Origin: an uncultured archaeon
GTDB taxonomy: Archaea; Thermoplasmatota; Thermoplasmata; Thermoplasmatales; Thermoplasmataceae
Assembly: GCA_000965745.1 (NCBI GenBank)
Contig: CP009479.1
Span: forward strand, 640,001-704,000
DNA length: 64,000 nt
Direction: 5' to 3'
Shown: one piece after another, positions 9,855 through 19,108 of the stretch
How positions within the stretch are numbered: the first letter of the stretch is position 1
Layout of the letters: every line of letters starts with the position of its first letter
The notes under the pieces: model-generated
What the model was told of the DNA's origin: nothing
What the model saw: only the letters and a program-made list of their open reading frames with translations
Databases searched by the model: none
Made by a program: the position numbers and the translations under genes

Positions 9855-11159
9855 ATGCCAACGCTTATGGAATCCAATATCAGCTACACTAGAAACGAGA
9901 GATATGGGGCACTTGGTGGCATTCTTTTTGGTCACTTCAGTGACGGTTATGATCTGGTTCTGATCAGTTATCTGTTCTTCCCCATGGCTCACGAATTCCA
10001 TACAGGTATTCCCCAGATTGCGCTTGCTTTGACAATAAGCCTCGTGTTTTCTGCGCTCGGGGGAGTTGTGTTTGGTTGGTTTGCCGACAGGTTTGGAAGG
10101 AAAAAGGGACTTATACTTTCTCTCGCAATATTTGGTCTGTCAACTCTTTTGACAGCAGGCATAAATTCCCTTTGGCAGTTGTATCTGCTCCGTGCAATAG
10201 AGGGAATAGGAATTGGCGGTGAATGGGGAATAGGATTCGCCCAGATTACGGAAGTATGGTCGCCTAAGACAAGGGCAACAGGAGGGGGTATCCTTCAAGC
10301 TGTCTTCATTATAGGATCTATAACAGGAGCATTTACTGCTGGATACACCCTTCAGGCTTACGGCTTTTCTCTTGGATGGAGATATGCATTCGTAATAGCT
10401 GGAGTAGTGGCTCTGATAGGTATAGCTGTTGTACAGCTTATAATGCCTGAGTCAAAATTCTGGAAGGATTACGACAGCAAGAGAAGGAAGGGAGAACTTC
10501 CGAAGGACTATGACATCAGGTCCCCGCTCATTCAGATTTTTTCAAAGAAGGTCAGAAGATGGACACTCTTCTCACTCCTGATAGGTGGCGCCAACCTGTT
10601 CATATACTTCTCATATGCGAGCTTCATGCCAACTCTTCTTGGAACTCTCAGCGTACCAATCGCCGATTACACTCTTATACTGGTCTTGGGTCAGGCGATA
10701 GCAGTTCCATTCTACTGGTTGAATGGATACTTTGCTGACAGATTCGGGAGGAAATCCTCAGCCATTGGTTACGGAATAATCTACATAATTGCGGTAGTAT
10801 CATTCATGGGGGCAAATATATTGAAGACCCCATACCTCATGCTAGTGGCTTTCCCGTTGTTCTATACATACACTTTTGTCTCAATAGGGCAGGGAGTATC
10901 GGGAGAGTACGGTGTCTGGTACAGCGAACATTTCCCAACAAAGATGAGATCAACCGCAACCAATTTCGGTTATATGGTTGGAAGGGGTTTTGCTGGGGGT
11001 CTTGCACCAATAGTCATTCCCCTGATAGCCGCGAGCCTGGGAGGGTTGAGCCATCTTGGAATAGCGATGTCAATTGCAATGCTTGTAGGGGTAATTGTCC
11101 AGTTTATTGGCTTCTTCGGCCTCAAGGAAACAAAGGGAACAGAGGTTACAACCCTCTAA
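9855..11159 (+). CDS. MFS carboxylate-type transporter (NanT/Jen-like)
   Basis: GWFADRFGRK, GIGGEWG, EHFPTKMRSTA; clear paralog of 28003..29304. Confidence 0.9.
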   Translation: MPTLMESNISYTRNERYGALGGILFGHFSDGYDLVLISYLFFPMAHEFHTGIPQIALALTISLVFSALGGVVFGWFADRFGRKKGLILSLAIFGLSTLLTAGINSLWQLYLLRAIEGIGIGGEWGIGFAQITEVWSPKTRATGGGILQAVFIIGSITGAFTAGYTLQAYGFSLGWRYAFVIAGVVALIGIAVVQLIMPESKFWKDYDSKRRKGELPKDYDIRSPLIQIFSKKVRRWTLFSLLIGGANLFIYFSYASFMPTLLGTLSVPIADYTLILVLGQAIAVPFYWLNGYFADRFGRKSSAIGYGIIYIIAVVSFMGANILKTPYLMLVAFPLFYTYTFVSIGQGVSGEYGVWYSEHFPTKMRSTATNFGYMVGRGFAGGLAPIVIPLIAASLGGLSHLGIAMSIAMLVGVIVQFIGFFGLKETKGTEVTTL

Positions 11160-11170
11160 TTTTTTTATTT
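11160..11170 (+). terminator. Oligo-T archaeal terminator
   Basis: T-run immediately after the TAA of the MFS gene. Confidence 0.5.
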
Positions 11171-11331
11171 CAGCACGAAATTTCCAAAACCCATTCTTAT
11201 TTTTGTTTGTGAATTTATGCCTCCTTAATTTTCAACCATAATTATAGAAGTATGATATATATAAAAAAAGAAAGGCATTTGTAAAAAAGTTGCCAAGGAA
11301 AAATACATAATCTTTACGTTGTCTTATAACA

Positions 11332-11562
11332 ATGAACTGGCCAATCTTTTGGCTCAGCTATGGCGTCATGATGGTCCTTGGAATATATATTGCCTAGGAT
11401 TATTCATATTATCGAAAAGCTGAAGGGGTGGATTTCTCCCCCTTTGGTTGGGGTCAGTGGGATATAGGGTGGAGATATACAAAAGAACATTGGAAAGTTA
11501 GCCTGGTTCTTGTATTCTTTTGGGCTATTTGTATGTATGAACTAATTTCCTTATTCAGTTGA
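11332..11562 (+). pseudogene. Small two-TM membrane protein interrupted by one in-frame TAG
   Basis: Manual translation: MNWPIFWLSYGVMMVLGIYIA*DYSYYRKAEGVDFSPFGWGQWDIGWRYTKEHWKVSLVLVFFWAICMYELISLFS*; TAG at 11395-11397. Confidence 0.5.
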
Positions 11563-11745
11563 AATTGACGCGATACCAGGAGCGTGTCGGAAGACTCCTT
11601 TAAGCGCATAAAACGGGCAGGGTCGAACTTCGATAATCGTCATTTCCACTCAACACATTATAAAGGGCCTTCTGAACCTACTTTTCTATTTTAAAGCGGG
11701 ATTCACAGCACAAGCTATAAGTAGGAACTATTCTTAGCACCGCAA

Positions 11746-12390
11746 ATGGCGAGCATGGACTTCAAAAAGAAGGAGCTTCACACAGCACTGGACCCATCCA
11801 GAACTGCACTTCTCATAGTAGACATGCAGAATGATTTTGTAAAGGATGAGGGTTACCTCGGGCAGAGGAAACATGGGATTGATGTTGTTCAGGAGACAAT
11901 CCCTGTCATAAAGAGGCTGCTGGAACATTTCAGGAACAACGGCCTTATGGTGGTTTATACAGAGACCGTTCACATGAGGTACACAAATTCCCTGAACTGG
12001 GTCAGCAGGTCTGCTGAAAAATCACTTGACCCAATGATATGCAAGAGTGGAACCTGGGGTGCTGAAACCATACCGGAGCTCAAGCCCCTTGAGAACGAGC
12101 CTGTCATACAGAAACACAGGTACGATGCATTCATGGACACTGATCTCCACGTTGTTCTCAGGTCAAACAACATCTCAAACCTGGTAATTGTCGGTACGCA
12201 GACAAACCTGTGCGTTGAGAGCACTGCGAGGCACGCATACATGATGGACTACATGACTATCATGGTGAGTGACGGGGTCTCAACACCGGAAACAGAATAT
12301 CAGGCACCGTTGCTGAAGAATTTTTCGGAAAATTTCGGTTATGTTATGTCTGCTGAAGAAGTGCTTCAGGAACTGAAAAAGCAAAATTAA
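11746..12390 (+). CDS. Isochorismatase-family cysteine hydrolase (RutB-like amidase)
   Basis: LLIVDMQNDF, KHRYDAF, TNLCVESTAR (D-K-C triad intact). Confidence 0.9.
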   Translation: MASMDFKKKELHTALDPSRTALLIVDMQNDFVKDEGYLGQRKHGIDVVQETIPVIKRLLEHFRNNGLMVVYTETVHMRYTNSLNWVSRSAEKSLDPMICKSGTWGAETIPELKPLENEPVIQKHRYDAFMDTDLHVVLRSNNISNLVIVGTQTNLCVESTARHAYMMDYMTIMVSDGVSTPETEYQAPLLKNFSENFGYVMSAEEVLQELKKQN

Positions 12391-12409
12391 GTGAAAAATT
12401 GGAGAATGA

Positions 12410-14017
12410 TCAGATTTCTCCGAGTATGTCTTTTTTAACCCTCTTCTTGGCGAGTTCCTCACCAATCTTGAAATGTTCCCCATTCAGGACCATTCTTGCG
12501 TATCTGTCATACTCATCTGACCACTTTTCAAGATTGTATCCATGCCAGGGCTGCTTCAGGCTCAATTCTGGAAGATCAAGGCTCTCCCATATCTCTTTGG
12601 CTTTGAGCATGTACTCCTTCTTAGGCAGAGAAGTCGGGGGGTAATCGGTCTTCCTCGTCGCGTCTATCAGAATTGCTGACGCTTCCCTGTATCCGCTGTT
12701 AGCATCGCTCTGTCCCTTTACAAACACAGACGGGTCCAGGTGGGCAGTCTTACCCTTAATCAGCTGCATGTCCCTGTGGGGCTGCATTCTGAAACTAAGA
12801 GCCCAGTTGACTGAGTCAGGATCGAAAGGATCAATATCGTCATCCACTGCTATGAACACCTTCCCGATGTCTGCTGCATATCCCGATGCACACACCAGTG
12901 CACGCATTGCGTCAGTGGGCGCATCCTTCTTTATCTGAACCACACAGTACTGCCAGCTTCCGCTGGATTCGTGGAATGCCACCTTTGTAACATTTGGCAG
13001 ACCGCAGTCATTCCTGAGGAACTTAGTGAAGGCGCTTCCATATGCCACCTGCCTCAGCTTGCTGCTCTCACTGGGCGGGAACTGGCTGATAATCGTCTGA
13101 AATATGGGCTTATCCTTCCTGTGGGTAACTGCTGTTATCTCCATTACAGGGCACCACTGGCTCTCAACATCAGCAGCTACGTAACCGGTATATTCACCAA
13201 ATGGAGTCTGGGGCTCGAAGTCCTCAACAGAAACCTTCCCCTCAATGATATATTCAGCGTTTGCGGGCACATATAGGTCAACGGTCTTGCATTTGACAAC
13301 ATCAATCGGCTCTCCTGCGAGACCACCTGAAACAGCGAACTCATCAAGCCCGTACGGGACCTTGGAAGCTGCCGTGTACTGCACATATGGGGGACCGCCT
13401 ATCACTATTGCCGCATCCAGGGTCTTGGAACCATTAGAGGCAGCTTTCCTTAGATGCATGAAACCATGGCTTCCCCTGTGGACTTCCCAGAGTATCTTCC
13501 TCGGGCCGAAAATCTGCCCGGAGTATGTTCCTGCATTCTGAATCCCCGTCTCAACGTCCTTCGTCACGAACGCCGTAGTTGTCCTGACCTGGCAGCTGTA
13601 TCCCGGTATCTCCACAGGAAGCGGTATATCGCTCAGGCCCTTGGCATCAAGGTCCTTTCCGGTAACTACAACTTCCTGGACTTTTGCATCTGTGACAACT
13701 CTTGGCTCAATCGGGCTCTCAATAGCTTCTGTAAACCTGTCGGAGACCTTGTCCGGCTCGCATTCCATACCAGCTGCATACACATCAATAGAGCTGGAAA
13801 GGACGCCGGTGGTCACGGCACCATCATAGTGCCTTCCCTTGGAATCATATACGTTTGTGAAGAGAAACCCTTTCCTCTGCTTTTCAGGCAGGCCTTTGAA
13901 CTGAAGCCTTACCAGGGGCATGAGTTCAGTTTCAAGTTGAATCTCCTTGTCAATTTCAGTAAGGAGGTTTCTTTTCTTGAGTTCTGAGAGATATTCTCTC
14001 AAATCGTGATATACCAT
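12410..14017 (-). CDS. UbiD-family protein 1 (long type, non-canonical active-site motifs)
   Basis: DLREYL N-terminus, VPANAEYIIEG, PFGEYTGY, VDDDIDPFD, IDAT; long C-terminal extension shared with 17199..18800. Confidence 0.9.
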   Translation of the reverse strand: MVYHDLREYLSELKKRNLLTEIDKEIQLETELMPLVRLQFKGLPEKQRKGFLFTNVYDSKGRHYDGAVTTGVLSSSIDVYAAGMECEPDKVSDRFTEAIESPIEPRVVTDAKVQEVVVTGKDLDAKGLSDIPLPVEIPGYSCQVRTTTAFVTKDVETGIQNAGTYSGQIFGPRKILWEVHRGSHGFMHLRKAASNGSKTLDAAIVIGGPPYVQYTAASKVPYGLDEFAVSGGLAGEPIDVVKCKTVDLYVPANAEYIIEGKVSVEDFEPQTPFGEYTGYVAADVESQWCPVMEITAVTHRKDKPIFQTIISQFPPSESSKLRQVAYGSAFTKFLRNDCGLPNVTKVAFHESSGSWQYCVVQIKKDAPTDAMRALVCASGYAADIGKVFIAVDDDIDPFDPDSVNWALSFRMQPHRDMQLIKGKTAHLDPSVFVKGQSDANSGYREASAILIDATRKTDYPPTSLPKKEYMLKAKEIWESLDLPELSLKQPWHGYNLEKWSDEYDRYARMVLNGEHFKIGEELAKKRVKKDILGEI

Positions 14018-14219
14018 GGCCCGGGAACACAGGTTCGCTAAAAAAAATTTCTAATAGTGGAAGAAGCATTTTCCGCTTTACGTAAATTTCCTGGCATATG
14101 GGGGTCCCATGATTTAACAAACGAAGATTTTCTCTATCCAATTTCAAGCGATTCGAGATTAATCCCTTTAAGACCCTCATTATTAATTCTATAATTCCAA
14201 TCCCAATTCCAGCTAATCC

Positions 14220-14563
14220 GCATGTGTGTATCATGAATGGACCCATCGCTGCAATTTCCTACATGCAATCTAGGAATGCGATCTGACTGTTTATCCCATG
14301 GAGGTCCAACTGTCCGTCTCTCCTTGATAGTGCCTGGAAGCTTGGTATTTCCTTAAAGCCGATAGGGGGAAGTTATTCCTCAAGTCCGGTTAGGAATATC
14401 CCTGTAAACCTGTATGAGATGCCGAATAACTGGAGCAGTAAAAGAATCTTCAGTATCTGGCGATCAGACTACTTCCTCTTCCTCACATCATGGCAAACTG
14501 TATTGTCGATAATTCACACATTCAATTATGTAAATAATGATCGACATTTACCTGGCTCTTCAT
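14220..14563 (-). pseudogene. Degenerate N-terminal fragment of a DDE (IS4/IS5-like) transposase
   Basis: Manual translation: MKSQVNVDHYLHN, frameshift, then IIDNTVCHDVRKRK*SDRQILKILLLLQLFGISYR...KEIPSFQALSRR...EIAAMGPFMIHTC with three in-frame stops. The PSFxxLSRR helix resembles DDE transposase N-termini (recalled, not searched). Confidence 0.5.
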
Positions 14564-14650
14564 GAAACCTGAGACCCCATATTGGTACAAATTAAACATC
14601 AGCCAGCCTCCTACGCATTATTTTATAAGTCGAAAATTCATTATAGCCGT

Positions 14651-15334
14651 GTGCACCAGCAGTGGGACGACATTGTAAGCGAAAAAGAGAGAGAGATTAT
14701 ACGGAAAGGCGGCTACGGAAACAGAAAAGACCTGGGCCGTAAGCCTGCACTGATAGTCATAGACGCCCAGTATAACTTTTTTGGAGACAGGAGCCCGACA
14801 CTTGAACAGATGGAAAAGTACCCCACAGGCGTGGGTTCAAAAGCATGGGAATCTCTGGATAAGTCGGTATCTCTGATAAAGGCAGCCAGAATAGCAAAGA
14901 TACCTGTAATATACACCAGATATGTGGCACAGAAATCAGGCAGGTCTCATGAGAGCAAGATGAAGAGAGACCATGCTAAATTTCAACCTGAATCGAAAGG
15001 CTCACAGATCGTGAAGGAAATGGCTCCCATGGGAGACGAAGTGGTCATCGACAAGCAATATGCAAGCGCCTTTTTTGGGACATCACTTATAAATCATCTG
15101 GTAAGCGGAGGGGCAGATACGCTGCTGTTCATTGGTGGAACTACCAGCGGATGTGTCCGTACAAGTGCCATTGACGCATCAAACTATGGCTTCAACTCAG
15201 TGATTGTGGAGGACTGCGTCTTCGACAGGCTTGAAGTTTCACACAAGGTTGCTCTTCTTGATGTGTGGATGAAATACGGAACACTTGTAACACATGAACA
15301 GGCCCTGGATTACTTCAATACGTTTCTCAGGTGA
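14651..15334 (+). CDS. Isochorismatase-family amidase (maleamate amidohydrolase NicF / N-carbamoylsarcosine amidase-like)
   Basis: GYGNRKDLGRKPALIVID, KQYASAFFGT, TTSGCVRTSA. Start moved to GTG 14651; the ORF-track extension runs through promoter-like DNA. Confidence 0.85.
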   Translation: MHQQWDDIVSEKEREIIRKGGYGNRKDLGRKPALIVIDAQYNFFGDRSPTLEQMEKYPTGVGSKAWESLDKSVSLIKAARIAKIPVIYTRYVAQKSGRSHESKMKRDHAKFQPESKGSQIVKEMAPMGDEVVIDKQYASAFFGTSLINHLVSGGADTLLFIGGTTSGCVRTSAIDASNYGFNSVIVEDCVFDRLEVSHKVALLDVWMKYGTLVTHEQALDYFNTFLR

Positions 15335-15370
15335 TAGTTTATTACCAGACATTCCCGTACATATTCAGGT

Positions 15371-15541
15371 GTGGGTTTGGGGAAGTTGGAGTTAATAGCA
15401 GAGCAGAAGCACTTTGGCTCCCCTTTCGTTGTAGCATACGACGAAGAGGGTGAGAGATTTCCGCATGTGGCAAGCATACTCGTCCCAAGGAAAAAATTCG
15501 AAGGCGTCGAAGTTCCCAAAAAAAATAAGGGTGGTAATTGA
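15371..15541 (+). CDS. Possible 56-aa small protein
   Basis: GTG start; MGLGKLELIAEQKHFGSPFVVAYDEEGERFPHVASILVPRKKFEGVEVPKKNKGGN*; below the ORF-track cutoff. Confidence 0.3.
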   Translation: MGLGKLELIAEQKHFGSPFVVAYDEEGERFPHVASILVPRKKFEGVEVPKKNKGGN

Positions 15542-15579
15542 GTGGGAATAAAAAAACCAGTGTAAATATCATGTTTTGA

Positions 15580-17037
15580 TTAAGATTTCTTGAAAAGGTC
15601 AGGCCACTTGTCGTGCACTTTCCGGTCTGTGTCAGGATCTGCCTTCACAACGTCCGGGAATGTCTTCTTCATTATCTTCTCGAAGGGCTTTACGGCCATG
15701 ACTATTGCCCTCGATGCGGTATACTCAAGCAGGTCCTTTCCTTCTTCGTGCTTTGCAATAGGATCAAGTGGAGTTCCCATGGTGTTCCTGACGATGTCAA
15801 TTCCAGACGCAGGATCATTTCTGCTGCACATTGCCCATACAACCTCGTTCAGGTTGGATGGGTCTATGTCATCATCCACAACTACTGTGTATCGCCCTGC
15901 AACATTTCCAGGCCTGCTCTGGGATGCTATGTGCCCCGCCATTACCGCGTGCCCGCCAAACATCTGCTTAACAGAAACAGCTGTGAACGCTCTGGAATAC
16001 CCTTCTTCATGGCACCATACTCCTTTGACGCCAGCCACTCCGGAACCTTCGAGGGCATTCCAGATCAGGGAGGCCCTGATTGGGCATCTATAGTAGGAAT
16101 AATCATAGGGGGGCTTGCCTGCACATGTGCCCATAAGTATGGGCCTGTTTCTGTAGTAGACCGCTTCAATCTTGATCACTGGATTGGACATTTTTCCACC
16201 GGCATAGTACCCCATGAATTCGCCAAGCGGCCCTTCGTCGGTCCTCTCTCCCGTGATGTAACCTTCAACTGCAATCTCACTGTCAGCAGGGATCGGAAGG
16301 CCGGTCACAGGACCTTTGAAGGTATGAACAGGCTTTTCCCTGACAGCCCCAAGGAAGTTGTACTCTGACATACCCTCAGGAACTTCATTGCTGGAAAACA
16401 GGTTGAGGCCAGGATTGTGGCCAAATGAAAGTGCAATGGGTGCGGGTTTGCCGGAATCTAGGTTTTTCTCTACATGTGATCTTCCATGCCTTGAGGCCTC
16501 CATTAGAATGGCCAGCCTCTTTGAGTCCTTCACCATAACCCTGTAGGTTCCCACATTGACCCATCCTGACTCAGGGTCCCTTGTTATTACGGCATCGGCT
16601 GTGCCGATATACCTGCCGCCGTCATTATGGAACCACTTTGGCACAGGAAACTTGAAGAAGTCAATCCGGTCTCCCTTGTCGACATTTTCCATTGTGGGTG
16701 GGTTATCAACCATTACAGGAGCGTATTTCTCATATCCTTTCTCCACGTTTCTCAGTTTTTCCCTTATGGCAGTTGTAAGCTCCAGGTTGTTCAGGTTACT
16801 GTCAAGGTCCAGTGCAGTCGAAACCCTTCTGGAGTCCAGGAGAGCCCCGGTGAGAACCCTGAAGCCCTCAGGATACCCCGGTATCTTGTCAAACAGCAGG
16901 GTGTATTTGTTCCTCTTTGCGTTTGCATCGGTGATGGCACCAATTTCCAAATCCCAGCTGGCACCTTCCACTTTCCTGAGCAACCCCAATTTCTCTATTC
17001 TCTCAATAAATTCCCTTAGGTCATAACTTGAACTCAA
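15580..17037 (-). CDS. UbiD-family prFMN-dependent (de)carboxylase 2 (canonical motifs)
   Basis: DGGRYIGT, NVGTYR, EGPLGEFMGYY, VVDDDIDP. Confidence 0.92.
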   Translation of the reverse strand: MSSSYDLREFIERIEKLGLLRKVEGASWDLEIGAITDANAKRNKYTLLFDKIPGYPEGFRVLTGALLDSRRVSTALDLDSNLNNLELTTAIREKLRNVEKGYEKYAPVMVDNPPTMENVDKGDRIDFFKFPVPKWFHNDGGRYIGTADAVITRDPESGWVNVGTYRVMVKDSKRLAILMEASRHGRSHVEKNLDSGKPAPIALSFGHNPGLNLFSSNEVPEGMSEYNFLGAVREKPVHTFKGPVTGLPIPADSEIAVEGYITGERTDEGPLGEFMGYYAGGKMSNPVIKIEAVYYRNRPILMGTCAGKPPYDYSYYRCPIRASLIWNALEGSGVAGVKGVWCHEEGYSRAFTAVSVKQMFGGHAVMAGHIASQSRPGNVAGRYTVVVDDDIDPSNLNEVVWAMCSRNDPASGIDIVRNTMGTPLDPIAKHEEGKDLLEYTASRAIVMAVKPFEKIMKKTFPDVVKADPDTDRKVHDKWPDLFKKS

Positions 17038-17198
17038 CTCGCCACACCTTCAGCGATTATGGTATTTCTTTTTAAAACGGTTTCGTCCTTTTGAGGTTCT
17101 CAATAACACCGGGAACGGCTCATATGCATAATCTCTTTAATGCTATACGTGGCACGCAGAAAACCAAAGGATTTATACATGCAATTTCATAAAGTGCT

Positions 17199-18800
17199 AT
17201 GGCAGAGTATTACAGGGATTTGAGTGACTATCTGGCCGCATTGGAGAAGGCAGATAAGCTGTACAGAATCGACCGCCCTGTTGAAAAAGAGACTGAGCTT
17301 ACGCCTCTTGTCAGGCTTCAGTACAGGGGTTTACCAGACGAACAGAGAAAAGGATTTCTTTTCAACAACGTGAAGGATGCAAAGGGAAGAAACTATGATA
17401 TTAAAGTGGCAACAGGAATATATGCATCATCAATGGAAATTTATGCTCTCGGCCTGAAGGCTGAGCCAACCAAGGAATCCATTCAGGAAAAATGGGTAAA
17501 TGCGCAACTTCATCCCGTTGAACCCGAAATGGTTGACCATGCGCCAGTCCAGGACAATGTTTTTGAGGGAGACCAGCTCCTTGAGGACGGGAAGGGCCTG
17601 GAAGCATTGCCTATTCCAATAGAGGTCCCTGGGTTCAGTGGCCAGATAAGGACCAGCACGCAGGTCATCACAAGAGACCCCGAGACCGGAATAAGGAACA
17701 TGGGCAACTACTCTGCTCACGTTTTTGGCAAAGACAAGATGCTGTGGGAAATAAACCGGGGAAACCAGGGTTTTATCCACTACAACAAGTGGAAGAAGCT
17801 TGGCAAGCCTATGCCTGCTGCAATCGTGGTTGGCGGAGTACCCTCTTACTTCTACACTGCATCTGCCAAGATTCCATACGGGGTTGACGAGCTTTCCATT
17901 GCCGGAGGCTTTTCAGGTGAGCCGGTCAAGCTTGTTAAGGCAAAGACCGTTGACATGGAAGTGCCTGCAGATGCAGACATAGTCGTTGAAGGCCTCATTT
18001 CAACTGAGAAGATGGAGCCCGGAAACGCATTTGGCGAATACACAGGGTACATGGCTACAGACGTCTGGCTGAGGCCGGTTTTCAATGTTACAGCCGTCAC
18101 AATGAGGAAAAAGCCAACTTTTGTGCACATAATGAGCCAGTTCCCGCCGAGCGAGAGCAGCAAGGTGAGGCTTGTCTCTTCGGACAACGTATACCTGAAG
18201 TTCCTCAGGCACGATGCAAAGGTGCCCGGTGTTCTTGACGTGGCATGGCACGAGATGAGCCAGGCGCAGTGGTGTGTTGTCAAGATCAAGAAGGTCAACA
18301 AGTCCCATCCCTGGCAGATACTGAACCTGCTTTCAGGATATGATACCAGGTGGGGGAAGTTCTTCATCGTGGTGGATGAGGATATAGATCCGAGATCACT
18401 TGATTCTGTCATATGGGCAATGAGCTGGAGAGTGCAGCCAGCCAGGGACATGAGAATAATCCAGGGAAAGGTTCCGGGCCTCGATCCTTCGGCTTACAGC
18501 CCCGGAGCATCCCACGAGGAGAAGGAATTTCCCGGAGGCGTGGGAAGCTCAGCAGTCCTTATTGATGCCACGATAAAGTATCCGTACCCTCCAACCTCAC
18601 TTCCGAGGAAGGAATATATGGAAAAAGCCCTGGAAATATGGAAGGAGCTCAAGCTGCCGCAACTCAATCTGGTGGCTCCGTGGTACGGCTATGAACTTGG
18701 CTACTGGCCTGACGAGTTCAGGCAGGATGCGGAGGACCTGGTAAAGGGTGAGCACTACAAGATCGGAGAGAGGCTTTCCAAAAAAGAACTGAAAGATTAA
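17199..18800 (+). CDS. UbiD-family protein 3 (long type, non-canonical active-site motifs)
   Basis: Close paralog of 12410..14017 (SQFPPSESSK, PPTSLPxKEYM, PWxGY). Has NMGNYS and GNAFGEY where GTYR and EGPFGE are expected. Confidence 0.9.
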   Translation: MAEYYRDLSDYLAALEKADKLYRIDRPVEKETELTPLVRLQYRGLPDEQRKGFLFNNVKDAKGRNYDIKVATGIYASSMEIYALGLKAEPTKESIQEKWVNAQLHPVEPEMVDHAPVQDNVFEGDQLLEDGKGLEALPIPIEVPGFSGQIRTSTQVITRDPETGIRNMGNYSAHVFGKDKMLWEINRGNQGFIHYNKWKKLGKPMPAAIVVGGVPSYFYTASAKIPYGVDELSIAGGFSGEPVKLVKAKTVDMEVPADADIVVEGLISTEKMEPGNAFGEYTGYMATDVWLRPVFNVTAVTMRKKPTFVHIMSQFPPSESSKVRLVSSDNVYLKFLRHDAKVPGVLDVAWHEMSQAQWCVVKIKKVNKSHPWQILNLLSGYDTRWGKFFIVVDEDIDPRSLDSVIWAMSWRVQPARDMRIIQGKVPGLDPSAYSPGASHEEKEFPGGVGSSAVLIDATIKYPYPPTSLPRKEYMEKALEIWKELKLPQLNLVAPWYGYELGYWPDEFRQDAEDLVKGEHYKIGERLSKKELKD

Positions 18801-18821
18801 TCAGTTCCTTTCCATTTTTAA

Positions 18822-19092
18822 CAAAATTGAGCGTGAATTCCCCTTCCGAAAGGGAGGGGATGAAAGCGAAATCTTTTTCTATTTTCCAGAAATAATACGT
18901 TGCTCACCAGCAGACAGAATGGAAGAAGGGTCGGATAACGTGTAGCTCCATGCGTGCCTGCGTCCGTAAAGTCGAATGGATTAGTGTGGAGGGCAAAGTA
19001 CCCTCGGGCCTGAGGGAATTCATGCCTGCGGAGGTTCCGCTGGTAACCGTCGAAGCAGGAAGCCCCTTTCGAAGGATAGGGGAGGAGGTCAC
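18822..19092 (+). mobile_element. 271-bp non-autonomous IS200/IS605-family element (PATE/SMN1-like), copy 1
   Basis: Preceded by TTTAA; left hairpin TCCCCTTCC-GAAA-GGGAGGGGA; right hairpin CCCCTTTC-GAAG-GATAGGGG; ends in TCAC; no TSD. 12 substitutions and no indels versus copy 2 by manual count. Confidence 0.85.
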
Positions 19093-19108
19093 CTGGTGCA
19101 TCAAAATG
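18995..19108 (+). ncRNA. Putative TnpB omegaRNA/reRNA-like scaffold plus flanking guide (boundaries approximate)
   Basis: GTACCCTCGGGCCTGAGGGAATTCATGCCTGCGGAG...GAAGCAGGAAGCCCC...GGGGAGGAGGTCAC resembles the right end of tnpB elements; CCTGC/GCAGG complementarity. Expression is not shown. Confidence 0.5.

Noticed and set aside
11395-11397. Pyrrolysine recoding
   Set aside because: No pyl genes in the window and TAG serves as a normal stop elsewhere (e.g. 19621, 41256, 58586).
13956-14246. 96-aa ORF upstream of UbiD1
   Set aside because: Begins in the tail of the transposase remnant and runs through promoter DNA into UbiD1 out of frame.
18950-19105. ORF-track N-terminal extension MRACVRKVEW..., and ORFs 23669..23890, 23674..23862 and 18818..19114
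   Set aside because: They lie within the repeated mini-element; the frames are incidental and diverge immediately after TCAC.
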